DNA of 64,000 nucleotides from Octopus sinensis (lineage: Eukaryota). Position numbers and translations under genes: made by a program. The notes below the pieces were generated by a model. That model had not been told where the DNA came from. It saw only the letters and a program-made list of their open reading frames with translations, and did no database searches. The DNA lies in the NCBI RefSeq assembly GCF_006345805.1, contig NC_043013.1, positions 33,418,001-33,482,000 on the forward strand. The letters run 5' to 3'. This document shows positions 1 through 13,585 of the stretch, one piece after another. How positions within the stretch are numbered: the stretch's first letter is position 1; the number at the start of each line of letters is the position of its first letter.

Positions 1-919
1 GAATATAGGAAAAAAGGGTTAAGAGACATCGAAATGATACAAGACTACATTAATATATACCATTTTTTATGGTAGTTAATATTTCAAATAATTTCGGTTA
101 CTCTTTCTAGCATGTTGAATGGCTTATAGGGGTTCTTTGCATATTTATAGAAAGGTAGTTTATCACACCACACAACACGGTGGCTTACAAATAAATATGA
201 AGTTAACATAACACCCGAGGGTTATTAACAGCTTTAATGAAACATGATTCAATTTAAGAAAACTACAACCTTGTTTTAGAATTCACGAAGCTTAAATGTT
301 GCTCTCTAAAACACTCTTCATCATTAAACTTTAAACGATGACCCTCCTGTTCCACCCCATCTCATATGATCGATAACAATAGAGAATAACCCACTACTGT
401 TAAGTTCACCTCTTGATTATTTGCACTCAGAAACGCGCCCTTTTGAACTGAATACTGGTAATGTATCAGAGGATGGCAAGTTTCGCTTGGAAAACTACAC
501 AAAGATTTTTCAACGCCTCTTCTCTTCATTACGGTATTAATTATTTGTTTATAAAAAAAAAATAAAGGAACAAAATGAAATTAAAAAGTGAAAAAGAGGG
601 GAAAAAATTAACGAAGTTTCCGATGAACAAATCAAACAAGTAAATTAATTAATACATTAATAAATAAAGAAATAAATAAATGAATAAAAATGAAAACAAA
701 AAATCACTATACACAGAAGAATTATAAATAAGAAGGAAAAAAAAATTATTAATTCGCCGTGTTATATGTTATGTTATGTCATGTCACGGCAGATGTAAGT
801 TGTTGTAGCAGTCTCTCTTTCCCAAACGAAAAATAATTGATTCGTTTTACTAATTAAATGGTGTTATCCGAAAATAAATTTAAAAAAAAAATAATAAAGA
901 CAAACAAAATTAATCATCA

Positions 920-1161
920 TTATCGTCGTCATCGTTGATGTCATCATCATCGTCATCATCATCTTCATCATCGTCGTCGTCGTCGACATCATCATCATCG
1001 TCGTCGTCGTCATCATTATCATCGCCATCATCATCATCAACATCATCATCATCATCATCGTTGTCGTTGTCGTCATCCCCTTTACCAATATTCCTCCCCA
1101 CCATCCTCCTCCTTCTCATCATCATCAACTTCATCATCATCATCCTCATCATGATCATCAA

Positions 1162-1198
<37 letters not shown>

Positions 1199-1249
1199 TT
1201 CATCATCATCATCATCATCATAAAAATCATCATCATCATCATCGGTCAC

Positions 1250-1287
<38 letters not shown>

Positions 1288-1291
1288 CCAT

Positions 1292-1325
<34 letters not shown>

Positions 1326-1330
1326 GGTAG
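920..1330. repeat. Compound trinucleotide array (TCA/TCG)n-(CAT)n-(CAC)-(CAG)n
   Basis: Visible triplet repeats; explains the overlapping poly-S/I/H/Q/M/D ORFs in several frames. Confidence 0.95.
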
Positions 1331-1519
1331 CGGCACTATCATCTTCATTAATATCGTCCACCGACCCCCACCCTTTCTCGCACCGCTGTCGTCATTACTC
1401 TCATTCTCTAATTTCCAATTAATTTTAATGCATATATGTATACATATATGTATATTTTTTTTTATCAATCCAATTAATTTTAATGATTTTTATCTCAATC
1501 AATTTTCTCTATGAATTAT

Positions 1520-1590
1520 TATTATCATTTTTGTCGTCATCGTCGTCTTCGTTTTTGTTGTTGTTGTTGTTATTATTATTATTATTATTT

Positions 1591-1636
<46 letters not shown>

Positions 1637-1722
1637 CATTATTATTATTATTATTGTCATTATTATTACTATTATTATTAATATTATTATTATTAATATT
1701 ATTATTATTATTATCATCATCA

Positions 1723-1778
<56 letters not shown>

Positions 1779-1800
1779 ATTAGCCTCAGTAGTAGTAGTA
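1520..1800. repeat. (GTT)n/(ATT)n/(GTA)n compound microsatellite
   Basis: Visible triplet repeats. Confidence 0.95.
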
Positions 1801-2735
1801 GTTGTAAAAATAGTGGTGATGGTGATGATACAAGAGATCATGAACGATGCGTATGCAGGGATGGTAATGAGTGATGGTGTTTTTCAAGGTGGTTGTCATG
1901 GTAATGTTGATGGCGATAAGGTTGGAAGACGTTGACGTGGTGGTGATGGCGCCGGTGTGTCGATGGTGGTGGTAATGGTGATGGTGATGGTGGTGGTGGT
2001 GATTGTTGTGGTAGTGATGGTGTTTGTTGGTTGGTGGTTGGTGATGTATACGGTGGTACTGAAAGTGTTTCTAAATTTTGCCTTAGTTATGGTGAAACAT
2101 CTTAGAAAATGTTGATGAAGTTGAGGGTGGATGACACAGAAAAGGATCAGGTATTGTTCATTGTGGTGCCGATGGTGGTGATGGTCACGGCCGTAGTGTT
2201 CATTGGCTTAGTGATTCCAATATTCTTGTAGGGGTCCTTGTGATCCTGGTACTTCTTCTGGGTGAGACAAAAGCAATGGTCCCTAAGAATAATCGTATCT
2301 CTTTATCGAGATTGGAAAAAGCACAAACTATACTGAGGTCTTATGCTTAAGATCAATGTTGTTGATGTTGTCGCTGTTGTTGTTGTTCTTTTTTTTGGCT
2401 CATTTGAAACCTGATTCAACAAATTTATCACAAATTGCATTTAAACTGCCACTATCATGGTTATTTCAAGAAATGGAGAACTATATAGTCTACCACAATA
2501 TTTAGTTCGGTCGTGATTTGGAGAGAGTATATTGGGATTAAGGGAGATTTAGCTGCTATTTCTAGCAAATGATATGAATGCATGGAAGAGGACTGTTAAC
2601 TGGTGTTAAAAAAGATAAACGCCAGATGGTATTTTCTTGGTTTAATCCCAGATTATTTTTACTTCGTTCATTAGAGACTTCAGCGGAAAATTTAGACTTA
2701 GTAGAGATTAAAAGAAAACATTCCATTCCGCCAAA

Positions 2736-2797
<62 letters not shown>

Positions 2798-3035
2798 ATA
2801 GAGGTAAGGGAGGGAAGGAAGAAAGGAAGGAATAATGACAGTTACTTTCACTTCTATTGTGCCTTATGAATATATAGCCCTCAAAATAATTTTCGCTTAA
2901 ATTACATTACATACACACACACATGCAGACACACACACATACACACATATATATACGTATGCATGTAAACATATACATATATGTATGTATGTATCATGTA
3001 TATTTATATATATACATATTATATATATATATGTA

Positions 3036-3082
<47 letters not shown>

Positions 3083-3083
3083 A

Positions 3084-3119
<36 letters not shown>

Positions 3120-3511
3120 GATCTATCTATCTATCTGCCTATATGTCTGTCTAATATATATATATATAATGTGTGTGTGGGGGGGGGGGGCATCCATTGG
3201 AAATTTCTTTTCGAAGTGCACTTGAATTTATAAATATCATGTAAGTTTGGGGTTGAGAAACACTTTGGGATGGAAGCAAAATGCAAGAAAGCGTGTTTCA
3301 ACCAAGTATTTATTTATAGCAATTATTTATAGCTTTTATATGCACTTCGGGAACCAATCCCAAAAAGAATTATTCCCCATTCTCTCGAAAGTTCACAAAT
3401 ACTCACGAAGTCAACAATATATATATATATTACACACACGTAGAAGGTAGTGATACCCTAATTGTCACAGTATATACATAGAAACGTAGATATCTTAGTA
3501 GGCTGTTATGT

Positions 3512-3560
<49 letters not shown>

Positions 3561-4005
3561 TAGGTAGGTAGGTAAATGGACATGCAGGTAAACAGATAGG
3601 TAAGTAGATAGATACATAGGTAATAGGAATAGACAAGCACACAGACGCATTCACATTTACACATGCATATACACAAACATACATATGTGTATAAATATAT
3701 GGGCACTGACGCACACACACGCGCACAAATAAACAAACAAAAGGAGCGCAGTTCTGATTATGGTCAAACTAAAAACATTATTGAAGAGGTTGCAAGATGC
3801 AACAAAAATTCTAGAACAACAATGAAGTAAATGAGTGGAAATCGAAACGGTGTGTGTGTTAATTAATAAGGCATTAAAACTAAATGACTCTCCCCACACA
3901 CAACATTACATACATACATATATATACATGCATACACACATACATACATACTACATACATACATACATACATACATACATACATACATACATACATACAT
4001 ACATG

Positions 4006-4046
<41 letters not shown>

Positions 4047-4689
4047 AGAATTACCGCCCAAAAAACGAAAGACAACGACAGGAAGTGTATCTGTTTTCAA
4101 AGAATTTTTGATTGATTAATGGAGACATTAGGAAAAACCGTTTCCATCGGGTGAATCCATGAATTGCAACATTTAAAAGCATTCAAATGCCCACAGAATG
4201 TGCACCTTCATGATTCCATGACCCTAGATGGTCATACACACGCGCACAAACTCGTACCCACAAATATACATATACTTGTGTGTGTTTGTGTGTATGTTGA
4301 TTTTGGTAATTCTAGGGCATCAAGTTGAAAGGATTTGGAGGCTGAACTTAAAAACTCTTCATCAATACTTATTTCCAGTATAGTTTTTACGTTCTGGCAA
4401 TTTGTTTTGAAAAACCGCTAAGTTACATGGGCTTAACACACCCTTCACTGCATTTATATTAGTCCTACACGGAGTCCTATACGCAGCCATAAACAAAGAA
4501 AAAGACACGTACAAACAAACATGTATTTTTATGATGCGCTTACGCAGAATATTCGTCTGCCCGTACACTAATTTCACTCAAAAGTTAAGAGGTTTGCACG
4601 TAGGCCCAGCTTTAAGAGGTTAGCACGTAGGCCCAGCTTTGCTTTCAGAATGTCTTTTATTTCAATCTGCCCATGATGTTCTCAAGATT

Positions 4690-4950
4690 TCAGCATACAC
4701 CTGTCCAAGTAGATGTATTCCTTTATCACTTCTAGTTCATCGCTTTCCAACTCTACTCTCCGTTTGTACTGTTTCCAGAAAGCATGTATTTTGCTTCCAT
4801 GCAAACCATTTTAAGGCCTACTCTTAGATTATGGATCTCCAGCTTTGTAAACACGACCTACGAGATGCGTGTGGTTTCGGAGATGGTTACTATGTCATCT
4901 AAGAATCGGAGGTGTGTTAGGACCTCTCCATTGATTTTCACACTTCCAGT
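4690..4950 (-). mobile_element. Degenerate non-LTR retrotransposon RT fragment (RTE-like)
   Basis: Minus-strand translation TGSVKINGEVLTHLRFLDDIVTISET...VGLKM...then frameshifted ELEVIKEYIYL. This matches the RT motifs 'INGE.L.HLRFADDIVL', 'GLK.N..KTK' and 'EY.YLG'; contains stops and a frameshift. Confidence 0.8.
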
Positions 4951-5161
4951 GCAGTCAGGAACTGTGATGAAAAATTATACAATTTCCCGTGTGGTATATA
5001 TGCATACGTTTGATATATTTCAATTCAGATGCACACATTCCTCTTATGAATACAGTATTACTTTTTATAAATTATTCGTATCATTATTATGCATATACAC
5101 GTTTGTGCATGCACCATCCCACCTGTCACACAAGCACACAATCACACACATACACACATAC

Positions 5162-5259
<98 letters not shown>

Positions 5260-5280
5260 GCGTGCGTGTGTGCGTTTGTT

Positions 5281-5661
5281 GGCGCAATGGCCCAGCGGTT
5301 AGGGCAGCGAACTCTCGGTCATAGGATCGCGGCTTCGATTGTTGTGTTTATCGGGCGTTGTGAGTGTTTATTGAGCGAAAACATCTAAAGTACCATCAGC
5401 CTCCGGATGGAGGTGATAGCGAACCCTGCCGTAGTCTTTCACCACAACTTTCTCTCACACTTTCTTCCTGTTTCTGTTGTATCTGTATTTCAAAGGTCCA
5501 GCCTTGTCACACGCTGTGTCACGCTGAATCAATCTGAGAACTACTTTAAGGTTACACATGTCTGTGGAGTGCTCAGCCACTTACACGATAATTTCACGAG
5601 CAGGCTGTTCCGTTGATCGGATCAACTGGTACCCTCGACGTCGTAACCGACGGAGTGCCAC
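5281..5661 (+). mobile_element. tRNA-derived SINE, family C (full length)
   Basis: tRNA-like head ggcgcaatggcccagcggttagggcagcg (A-box-like) with ttcgatt B-box-like motif. Head shared with 23845-24038; 3' tail shared with 55807-55985. Confidence 0.85.
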
Positions 5662-6436
5662 GATATGTGTGTCTGTGTGTGTGTGTTCGAACATAGTTAC
5701 GTACGTATTTACATTGACACATGTGTATATGCAAATAGGCATACAAGTGTAAGGCGCAGATTCTATCTTGACATGAACAAAGGACCTTAGTTCTTTGCTA
5801 GAAACCGATTCGTTATTTGTCAGAAAATTCCAAAATATGAGCAAAGGAGCCCATACGCATATATTTCCATTCTTTCTTTTATACATTTCTTTCTCCTGGC
5901 ACTTTGGAGGAAAACATTTCAGGTTTTTGTTTTCTTAATTATTTTAATCTGGTATTTTCATTTTCGTCATAATTTTTCGATGGCTTCCAGGTACGTTTGT
6001 GCGTGTGTACATGGTTCTATGAAAAAAAATATTCTACGCTTATTGACGTAATATAACTAAAAACATATCTGTAATAATACAAACAGAGGAATGCAGAGAG
6101 GGAGAGAGGGGGGAGTGGGAGAGAGGGAGAGAGATCTGTGTTGACCCACGATGTGTATTGCACAGCAGGGTTAAATCAATTTTCTGAAGCACATACATCT
6201 AAATTTCTTTGCTGCGATATCTACGACATACGCGCTTTTAGTATGCTTGTAAATACCCGCGCATATAAAGCAATGGCTGCAGCACATTTCGTGTGTAATT
6301 TAACACAAAGTATTGGTTATATATTACTACCCATTCAAGCACATACACGCGCGCACACTAACAGATACACATACATATACAAATTCAGTTATCTATCAAC
6401 CTATTTGTCTTTTTACTTCTCTTTCGGGTCTCTCGT

Positions 6437-6474
<38 letters not shown>

Positions 6475-6561
6475 AATATATACGTTTATAGACATATCTA
6501 TGTTATATGAATATGATATTTATTAAATTATATAGTACATGTTATATATATATCGATATGC

Positions 6562-6604
<43 letters not shown>

Positions 6605-6798
6605 TATATGTGTATGTATGTAGGGGAGAGTTAACGAAAGAAACAACATACAAAGACAGGTGGTGTACAAAACAAACACATGTATTAGTATAACGCTCAG
6701 GATTTGAAAAAGTATTTTACGTTTCGAGCCTACGCTCTTCTACAGAAAGGGACACAGAAAAAAAACAAAGAGTGAAACAAGGAGAGAAAAAATGTGTG

Positions 6799-6845
<47 letters not shown>

Positions 6846-7039
6846 ATGCATATATAAATACATACACACACACACATACACATATATATAGAGAGAGGGG
6901 AAGAGAGAGGGAGAGAGAGGAGAAAATGTAAGGATAAGGAAGTTAGGCAAGTTGTAGTCAAGTATGTATCTGTTTAAACCTCTTGAGTATTGATAAGTGT
7001 ATGCCATACGGAAAATATCTGAGCCTCATCTATGAACTA

Positions 7040-7101
<62 letters not shown>

Positions 7102-7169
7102 GTGTGTGTGTGTGTGTGTGTTTGTGTATGTGTGTGTGTTTGTGTGTGTGTGTGTGCGTGTGCTTCTGC

Positions 7170-7220
<51 letters not shown>

Positions 7221-7814
7221 TACACACATGAACAGTGCATCTAGGGTAACTGAGGTAAGAGAAAAGATTTGTATTCATGTCATTTACTGATGCTTCAAAA
7301 CCTGATTAGTTATATAATATATGTAATACACAAACATTTGCATGTATACGAAATATATATATAAACATGTATATAAAATATACATATACATATACAGTCA
7401 AGTGGACTGAGACGTAAACCTAACAGACAAATCTTCTCTTCAGAACGGTTCATACTAGTGGAACGCATGCGTGCGAGTGACAAAATCATTTTGAGCATGA
7501 GCCTGTAAATCGTAAAAGAGAGAGAGAGAGCACTTTTCTCTCATGCGTTTATTTCCTCCCTGCCTGAGGTTACCGTGATCTTTTCTGTAGGCTTTTCTTT
7601 CCACAGATGAACCTAATCTTATTTGTTACTTTTTTAGATACACGATCCCATTTGATCGCTTTTTTTTCCGATCCCTTTTGATAAAAATTTTACATGTGTT
7701 ACCTTTTTTTCTTTTTCCTTTTCCATCTTCGAAAAGAAAAGCTCTACATTTGTATTTGTCCCCTCTGTGTCCAGCCCTGTGTGGCCAATAAAGTAAGTTA
7801 TCTATCTATCTACT

Positions 7815-7846
<32 letters not shown>

Positions 7847-7926
7847 TGTATGTATGTATGTGTGTGTGTGTGTGTGTGTATGTGTGTGTGTGTGTGTGTG
7901 CGTGTGAGTATGTGTATACGTATATA

Positions 7927-8188
7927 TATCTTCATGATTAGGCGAAGTTTATGCTGTTGGATACATTCAATTTTCGGCATCTCACAGCCGTACAGGAGTG
8001 TAGAAAGCACAACAGCTCGGTGTACCATAATTTTCGTTTGGATGGTGAAGTCGAAGTTTAGAAAGACTCATTCTGAGAGTCTTCCGTAAGCAGTCTCGAT
8101 GTGTTTGTGAATGGTGCAACCACTGGACAGATTTCCAAGACAGTGCCATTTAGCGTTATGCCACTGGTGATAGGGGGAAGTTAGCCGA
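7927..8188 (-). mobile_element. RTE/BovB-like LINE ORF segment, inverted 5' part of a single insertion
   Basis: Minus-strand PPITSGITLNGTVLE...TKIMVHRAVVLSTLLYGCE...IQQHKLRLIMKI, typical of the region after the RT domain in RTE elements. Confidence 0.85.
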
Positions 8189-8706
8189 AGGGTCCCTATA
8201 CAGCAAAGAGCTTCTGCTCTGGATTGGATTGTTCAGCATTGAAGCCACCGTGACACGACGATGCCTCCACTGGTGAGGACACGTCATATATTTGCCCTCG
8301 ATTCTTCTTTGTGGAACTCCCCTAAGAGAACCAGTCATGCAAATCCCCAATATTCTGTTTCCGAAATCAGGTCAAGCGCACACTCCTCCAGTGCGCTATT
8401 GACCCAGATATATCTGAGACTCAATCGCCAAGCAGATCCCAAAGTGTCATCGTACAGGGATGACTCGAGATGGAAAATAATAGACGTCAAAACGTAAACA
8501 GGCATGGATCAGACGTCGAAGGTGCAAAGAGCAACTTGCACACTTCCTTCATCAAGTCTCACCTGGGATAAATTCCCCTGGCTTTTCTATACACACCTTG
8601 GATTAAACAGTGACCTCAGCCATCGGTACCCTTTGCAGATGAAGAGTTTCAGTCACCGGCTATAGATCTACAACTCGGAAACAAGTTAACACCGACGGAC
8701 GGACAT

Positions 8707-8758
<52 letters not shown>

Positions 8759-8775
8759 TAATATAATAATAATAA
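8189..8775 (+). mobile_element. RTE/BovB-like LINE 3' end with (AAT)n tail
   Basis: Plus-strand GLFSIEATVTRRCLHW*GHV (8226-8285), then FFVEL...FRNQVKRTLLQCAIDP, matching the RTE C-terminus 'SIEA...QLRW.GHV...EL...RFKD.LK...ID'. Ends accgacggacggac followed by (AAT)n. Confidence 0.75.
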
Positions 8776-8877
8776 AAGGTATAATTAATCAATTACTAAT
8801 TACTAGTTTTACCAAGTAGTTCCGTATATTAGAAGAACCATTATCGGTAACCTTATATAAAAAGCTTATAATTGTAA

Positions 8878-9074
8878 GCATAATTATAATTAGGGTTCAG
8901 CAAAAATTGCTTCACCACATACCGAAATTTAGAAATAGCAGTTAAATACTATTCCACTACCATAAGATTGCTATCTGGGAGATATCTTATGGTAGTGGAA
9001 TAGTATTTAACTGCTATTTCTAAATTTCGGTATGTGGTGAAGCAATTTTTTCTGAACCCTAATTATAATTATGC
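8878..9074. repeat. Long inverted repeat (91-bp arms, 15-nt spacer)
   Basis: 8878-8968 is the reverse complement of 8984-9074 with one mismatch; spacer tgctatctgggagat. Confidence 0.95.
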
Positions 9075-9087
9075 ATATAATTATAGA

Positions 9088-9122
<35 letters not shown>

Positions 9123-10225
9123 ATATACACATATACACAATACATGCACACATACTTATAATCACAAACGGATGTGTGCATTCCATTCTAATCTGAAGTT
9201 TGAAGTTATAGGTGGTGGCGCAATTCCACAAATGTACCCTACATTTAAGCATCTCATTGAAAGGGTGGATTTACTTTTGATGAACATGATGCACACTGAA
9301 ATTATATAATTATTATTTTGCTTTAATTCCGAACGTGACACTATAATTGTTGGTATTTAAACTCTAACCGGCGGTAGAATTAATTCAAGGTATTAAAACA
9401 GGTGAGATATACATACAAGCATATACACACACATACGCGCGCACACAATACATGTATACATACATACATACAAACACACCTACGCACACGCGCACACCTA
9501 TATATATATAGTACAAACGTTCGTTCATACATACGTGCATATATATGTGTGTTTGTGTGCGTGCGTGCGAGAGGGTGTGTTTGCAACCACACAGCACGTA
9601 TTCAAACATATAGAGACGTAAATATGTAAATACAAGAGAACGTACAGTAAATGTAGTATATACAAATATGCTTACATATATACATATAGAATTAGGCATT
9701 TATTATGTTGCACATATACACGTGGACGCACAATCACATACACCATCTAAGCGGGCGTAAATTAAGTTGGAACTAAAATGGAAGTAAAAAATTCATACGA
9801 AAATTAGAAGAAAAAAAAAGAAAAAACGCCAGCTAAAATCAAATACGCAAAAATGTAGATAAGAGTACAAAATACTAAGAAAAAAAGGAAAGAAAAATAA
9901 GAATAATAAAAATGAAATAAAATATTCCAAGACAGAAATACTACAAGAATAATAATAAAAATAATAAATAAATCAAAATATATTGAGAAATCAAAAACAG
10001 ATATAAAATAACATATGACCAAGAGAGGAATGATTAAATATTATAAAATACCGATATTTGAACTGTTTCAACATCATTTAAATCAGATTGAAATGTTATA
10101 AAGTATATAACAGAACAAAAATAATCGCAACATTAATGACAATAATAGCAATATATAATTAATGATAATAATAAAAATAATCACGACACAAGTTACTGTA
10201 ATGAAGATGCTCCTAATGATAATGA

Positions 10226-10765
10226 TCATGTCGGTGTTGTGGTGGTAATGATGATGATGATGATGATGGCGGTGATGACGTTGATGATGATGATGATGAT
10301 GATGGTGATGATGATGGTGATGATGATGATGATGATGATGATGATAATTATGATGATGATGATTGTGGTGCTGGTATTGGTGGTGGTGGTGACGATGATG
10401 CTGATAATAAAGTAGATGATGATGATGAAGATGGTGATGAGCGGTATGATGATGAGAAGGAGGATTATGATGCTGATGATGATGAGTACGATGAGGGCCT
10501 TGATGATCACAAAGATGATAATGATGATGATGATGATGATGATGATGAGGACGATGACGATGATGATGATAATGATGATGATGATGATGATAGTGGTGAT
10601 GATGACAATAATGTTGAGATGACTACGATGAGATAACGAGGGCGGTGACGGCGACGACAACGATTATGATGACGTCGACGATGATAACGACGACGGTGAT
10701 GATGATGATGATGATGATGATGGTGGTGATGTCGATGTTGATGATGATGATGATGATGATGATGA
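10226..10765. repeat. (GAT/GGT/GAC)n compound triplet array
   Basis: Visible triplet repeats; source of the poly-I/M/H/S ORFs. Confidence 0.95.
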
Positions 10766-11525
10766 GCCAAACCTGAAACGAAGCTTGCATTACGCTATCA
10801 TATAGAGACAGACCCACAAACGCATACAAATCTATTCCCTCACAACGACACATTGACATATGTGCCAACACGCACATATAAACACACACATACACACACA
10901 CGCACGAACACACACAAAATGACAAGATAAACTAAAATAAAATATCAATTAAAAGGGAGAGAAACAAAATTAAATACAATTAAAATAAAATGAAATTAAA
11001 TAAGAAAAAATAAAAGAACAAACAGAAAAAGCAGCGACAACAACAACAACAAACAACATTAAAAGTTCCTTATCAAGCCAACCACCTAATCACGCACACA
11101 CATACACACACCGCAAATAATGACACCTAGACACACTGCCACACACACACACACACACACACGTATATATACACACACCCAGACACACAAATGAAAGAAG
11201 TGTAAAATAATAACAAATAAAGAAGAAAAAATCTATAACAAACAAATATGTTCTGTCGAAGAAGGTGTAGGTAGGGTGCTGGGTGGGGGTGGGGGCGAAA
11301 AAAACAACAACAATAACAACAACAATAGCAACAATATCTTGCTACAAGATAAGATCGACTTAACAACCGAAATTAATTAGGATAGTTACGATGAATGATT
11401 CCTTTGATCATAGATTCATTAAACTATATTTAAACAACAACAACAACAACAACACATAATACTAATAAGAACAATAATAAGAATAATTACTACTACCACA
11501 ACAACTATTACTACTACTGCTAATA

Positions 11526-11559
<34 letters not shown>

Positions 11560-12325
11560 GACTAATAATAATGATAATAATTGCAATTAAGAAACAATAA
11601 ATAATATGGTAAAATTAAAATGAAATTTTCAAACAAAATAAGAGTAAAAATAAAATAAAATTCAAAAGGTAAATTGAAAAATTTTAAATCAATAGAAACG
11701 AAACGAAATTCCCTTTCCAACCCACATATACAGCCATGAGAAAAAAAAAAAATAAATGACAAAAAAATAAACAGCAACAAAAGAACATAAACGCACGCCC
11801 TCAAACAAAGTTTAAAATACAAATAAAAAATATATAATAGTAACAAAAAAACAAAAGCAAACATAACAAAATCCGCCACATTTAAATTTAACAAAAATTA
11901 AAATATTCCTTATAAAAAAAAATCAAACAGAAAAATATTTAAATGTTATGAAAAATATAACAGATAAAAAATAATATACAAACAATACTAGCTTTAGTCT
12001 AATTGATACTTCAATAAATAACAAGAACAAATAAATAAATAAATGAATGAATGAAAAATAGGCTAAATCAAATATTGATTGTATCATAAAGACTCGTTTT
12101 AATTACTCTTGCTTTCTCGTTGGGAATGTCGGAGTTTATTATTACGCAAGATGCTGGAAGTAATGTGGTTGATTACAGAATCCATACAAGTGTGAATGTA
12201 TGTGTGTGCATCTATGTATGTATGTATGTATGCGTGTTAATATGTATATATGTATTTATGTAAGTATGTGTGTTAGAACGATTGAGTGTATGCGCGTACA
12301 AAAATATATGCGGCGTGTTTATATA

Positions 12326-12387
<62 letters not shown>

Positions 12388-12518
12388 TATATATATATAA
12401 ATATATTATATATGTATATATATATATATATATGAATATATAGATATATATAAATATATATATATATAATATTATATATATATTATATATATTATATATA
12501 TATATATATATAGATATA

Positions 12519-12562
<44 letters not shown>

Positions 12563-12915
12563 ATATAAAGACAGCTAGAGATGCCAGCCAAGGTTGTCTC
12601 AGACTAATACGAATCCTAACAGTTACCCTTTTGAAATCAGGAATTCACATAGAATTTTAATTCCTGATTATTTGTTGTGCGATTGAAATTGAAATCGAAC
12701 AACGAATTAGGTGTGTATGTATGTATGTGTATGTATGTATGTATTTATGTATGTATGTATGTACGATCTTTGTATGTATATGCGCGCGCACACACACACA
12801 CACACCAATATAAATTTTGATTTGATTTTTAGATACATATAAGTGATGTCAATGATGATTAGGATGGTGATAACAAACCAAGATATAGATATTTATTTAT
12901 ATACATATGCATATA

Positions 12916-12967
<52 letters not shown>

Positions 12968-12994
12968 TGTGTGTGTATGTGTGCGTGTATGTGT

Positions 12995-13188
12995 CGATTT
13001 GTCCCCTCACACTATCGCTTGATGCCCGATGCTGGTGTCTTTACGTTACCGTAACTTATCGGTTCCACAAAAGAGACCGCTAGAATAAGTAGTAGGCTTA
13101 CAAACCGTAAGTCCTGGGGTCGACTTGTTCGACTAAAGGCGGTGCCCCAGCATGGTCACACTAAAACGACTGAAAGAAGTAAAAGAAT
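12995..13188 (+). mobile_element. SINE family A, 3' half
   Basis: cgatgctggtgt...aagagaccg.tagaataagta...ggggtcgac...actaaaggcggtgc..cagcatgg matches the tails of the copies at 31156 and 43011. Confidence 0.85.
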
Positions 13189-13353
13189 ATGCATTTATAT
13201 ATTATATATATATGGTTGTTATTGCCCCAGAATAGCCGCAATCTAATGACTGAAACAAAAGGTAACAGATATGTGTGTGTGTGTGTGTCTGAGTGTGTGT
13301 GTGCGTGTGTGTGTGTGAGTATGTGTTTGTACGCATACAAGTCCTAAAATATA

Positions 13354-13585
13354 TATTTATTTACTACCCACAAGGGGCTAAACACAGAGGGGACAAACAA
13401 AGACAGACAAACGGATTAAGTCGATTACATCGACCCCAGTGTGCAACTGGTACATAATTTATCGACCCCGAAAGGATGAAAGGCAACGTCGACCTCGGCG
13501 GAAATTGAACTCAGAACGTAACGGCAGACGAAAAAACGGCCACGCATTTCGCCCGGCGTGCTAACGTTTCTGCCAGCTCGCCGCC
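13354..13585 (-). mobile_element. CORE-type tRNA SINE, family B (full length, with TSD)
   Basis: Minus strand reads ggcggcgagctggcagaaacgttagc...gttctgagttcaatttccgccgaggtcgacgttgcctttcatcctttcggggtcgataaatt. cctaaaatata is repeated at 13343-13353 and 13584-13594. Confidence 0.9.

Noticed and set aside
431-533. Possible plus-strand exon (cag|...|gtatta) encoding ETRPFELNTGNVSEDGKFRLENYTKIFQRLFSSL
   Set aside because: Open in one frame with plausible splice sites, but no recognisable homology and no supported partner exons; such short candidates arise by chance. Needs RNA-seq or BLASTX.
864-1935. Long poly-amino-acid ORFs here and at 10226-10925, 29320-29934, 35336-36829, 36961-37492
   Set aside because: They are translations of simple repeats, open in multiple frames and strands.
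4585-4639. Two 27-bp direct repeats (ttaagaggtt.gcacgtaggcccagctt)
   Set aside because: Only two adjacent copies with no spacer; a simple slippage duplication, not a CRISPR array.
5281-5360. tRNA-like sequences at SINE heads
   Set aside because: They continue into SINE bodies and lack a complete cloverleaf; not called as tRNA genes.
12092-12197. Possible plus-strand exon LVLITLAFSLGMSEFIITQDAGSNVVDYRIHTSVN (TM-like, vaguely TRP-channel S5)
   Set aside because: Weak acceptor, donor lies in a microsatellite edge, similarity too slight to support.
12320-12570. Irregular (TA)n tracts with scattered single-base indels (also ~42400, 43850-44200, 52860-53030)
   Set aside because: Pattern is what long-read consensus errors in TA repeats would produce; no information content inferred.
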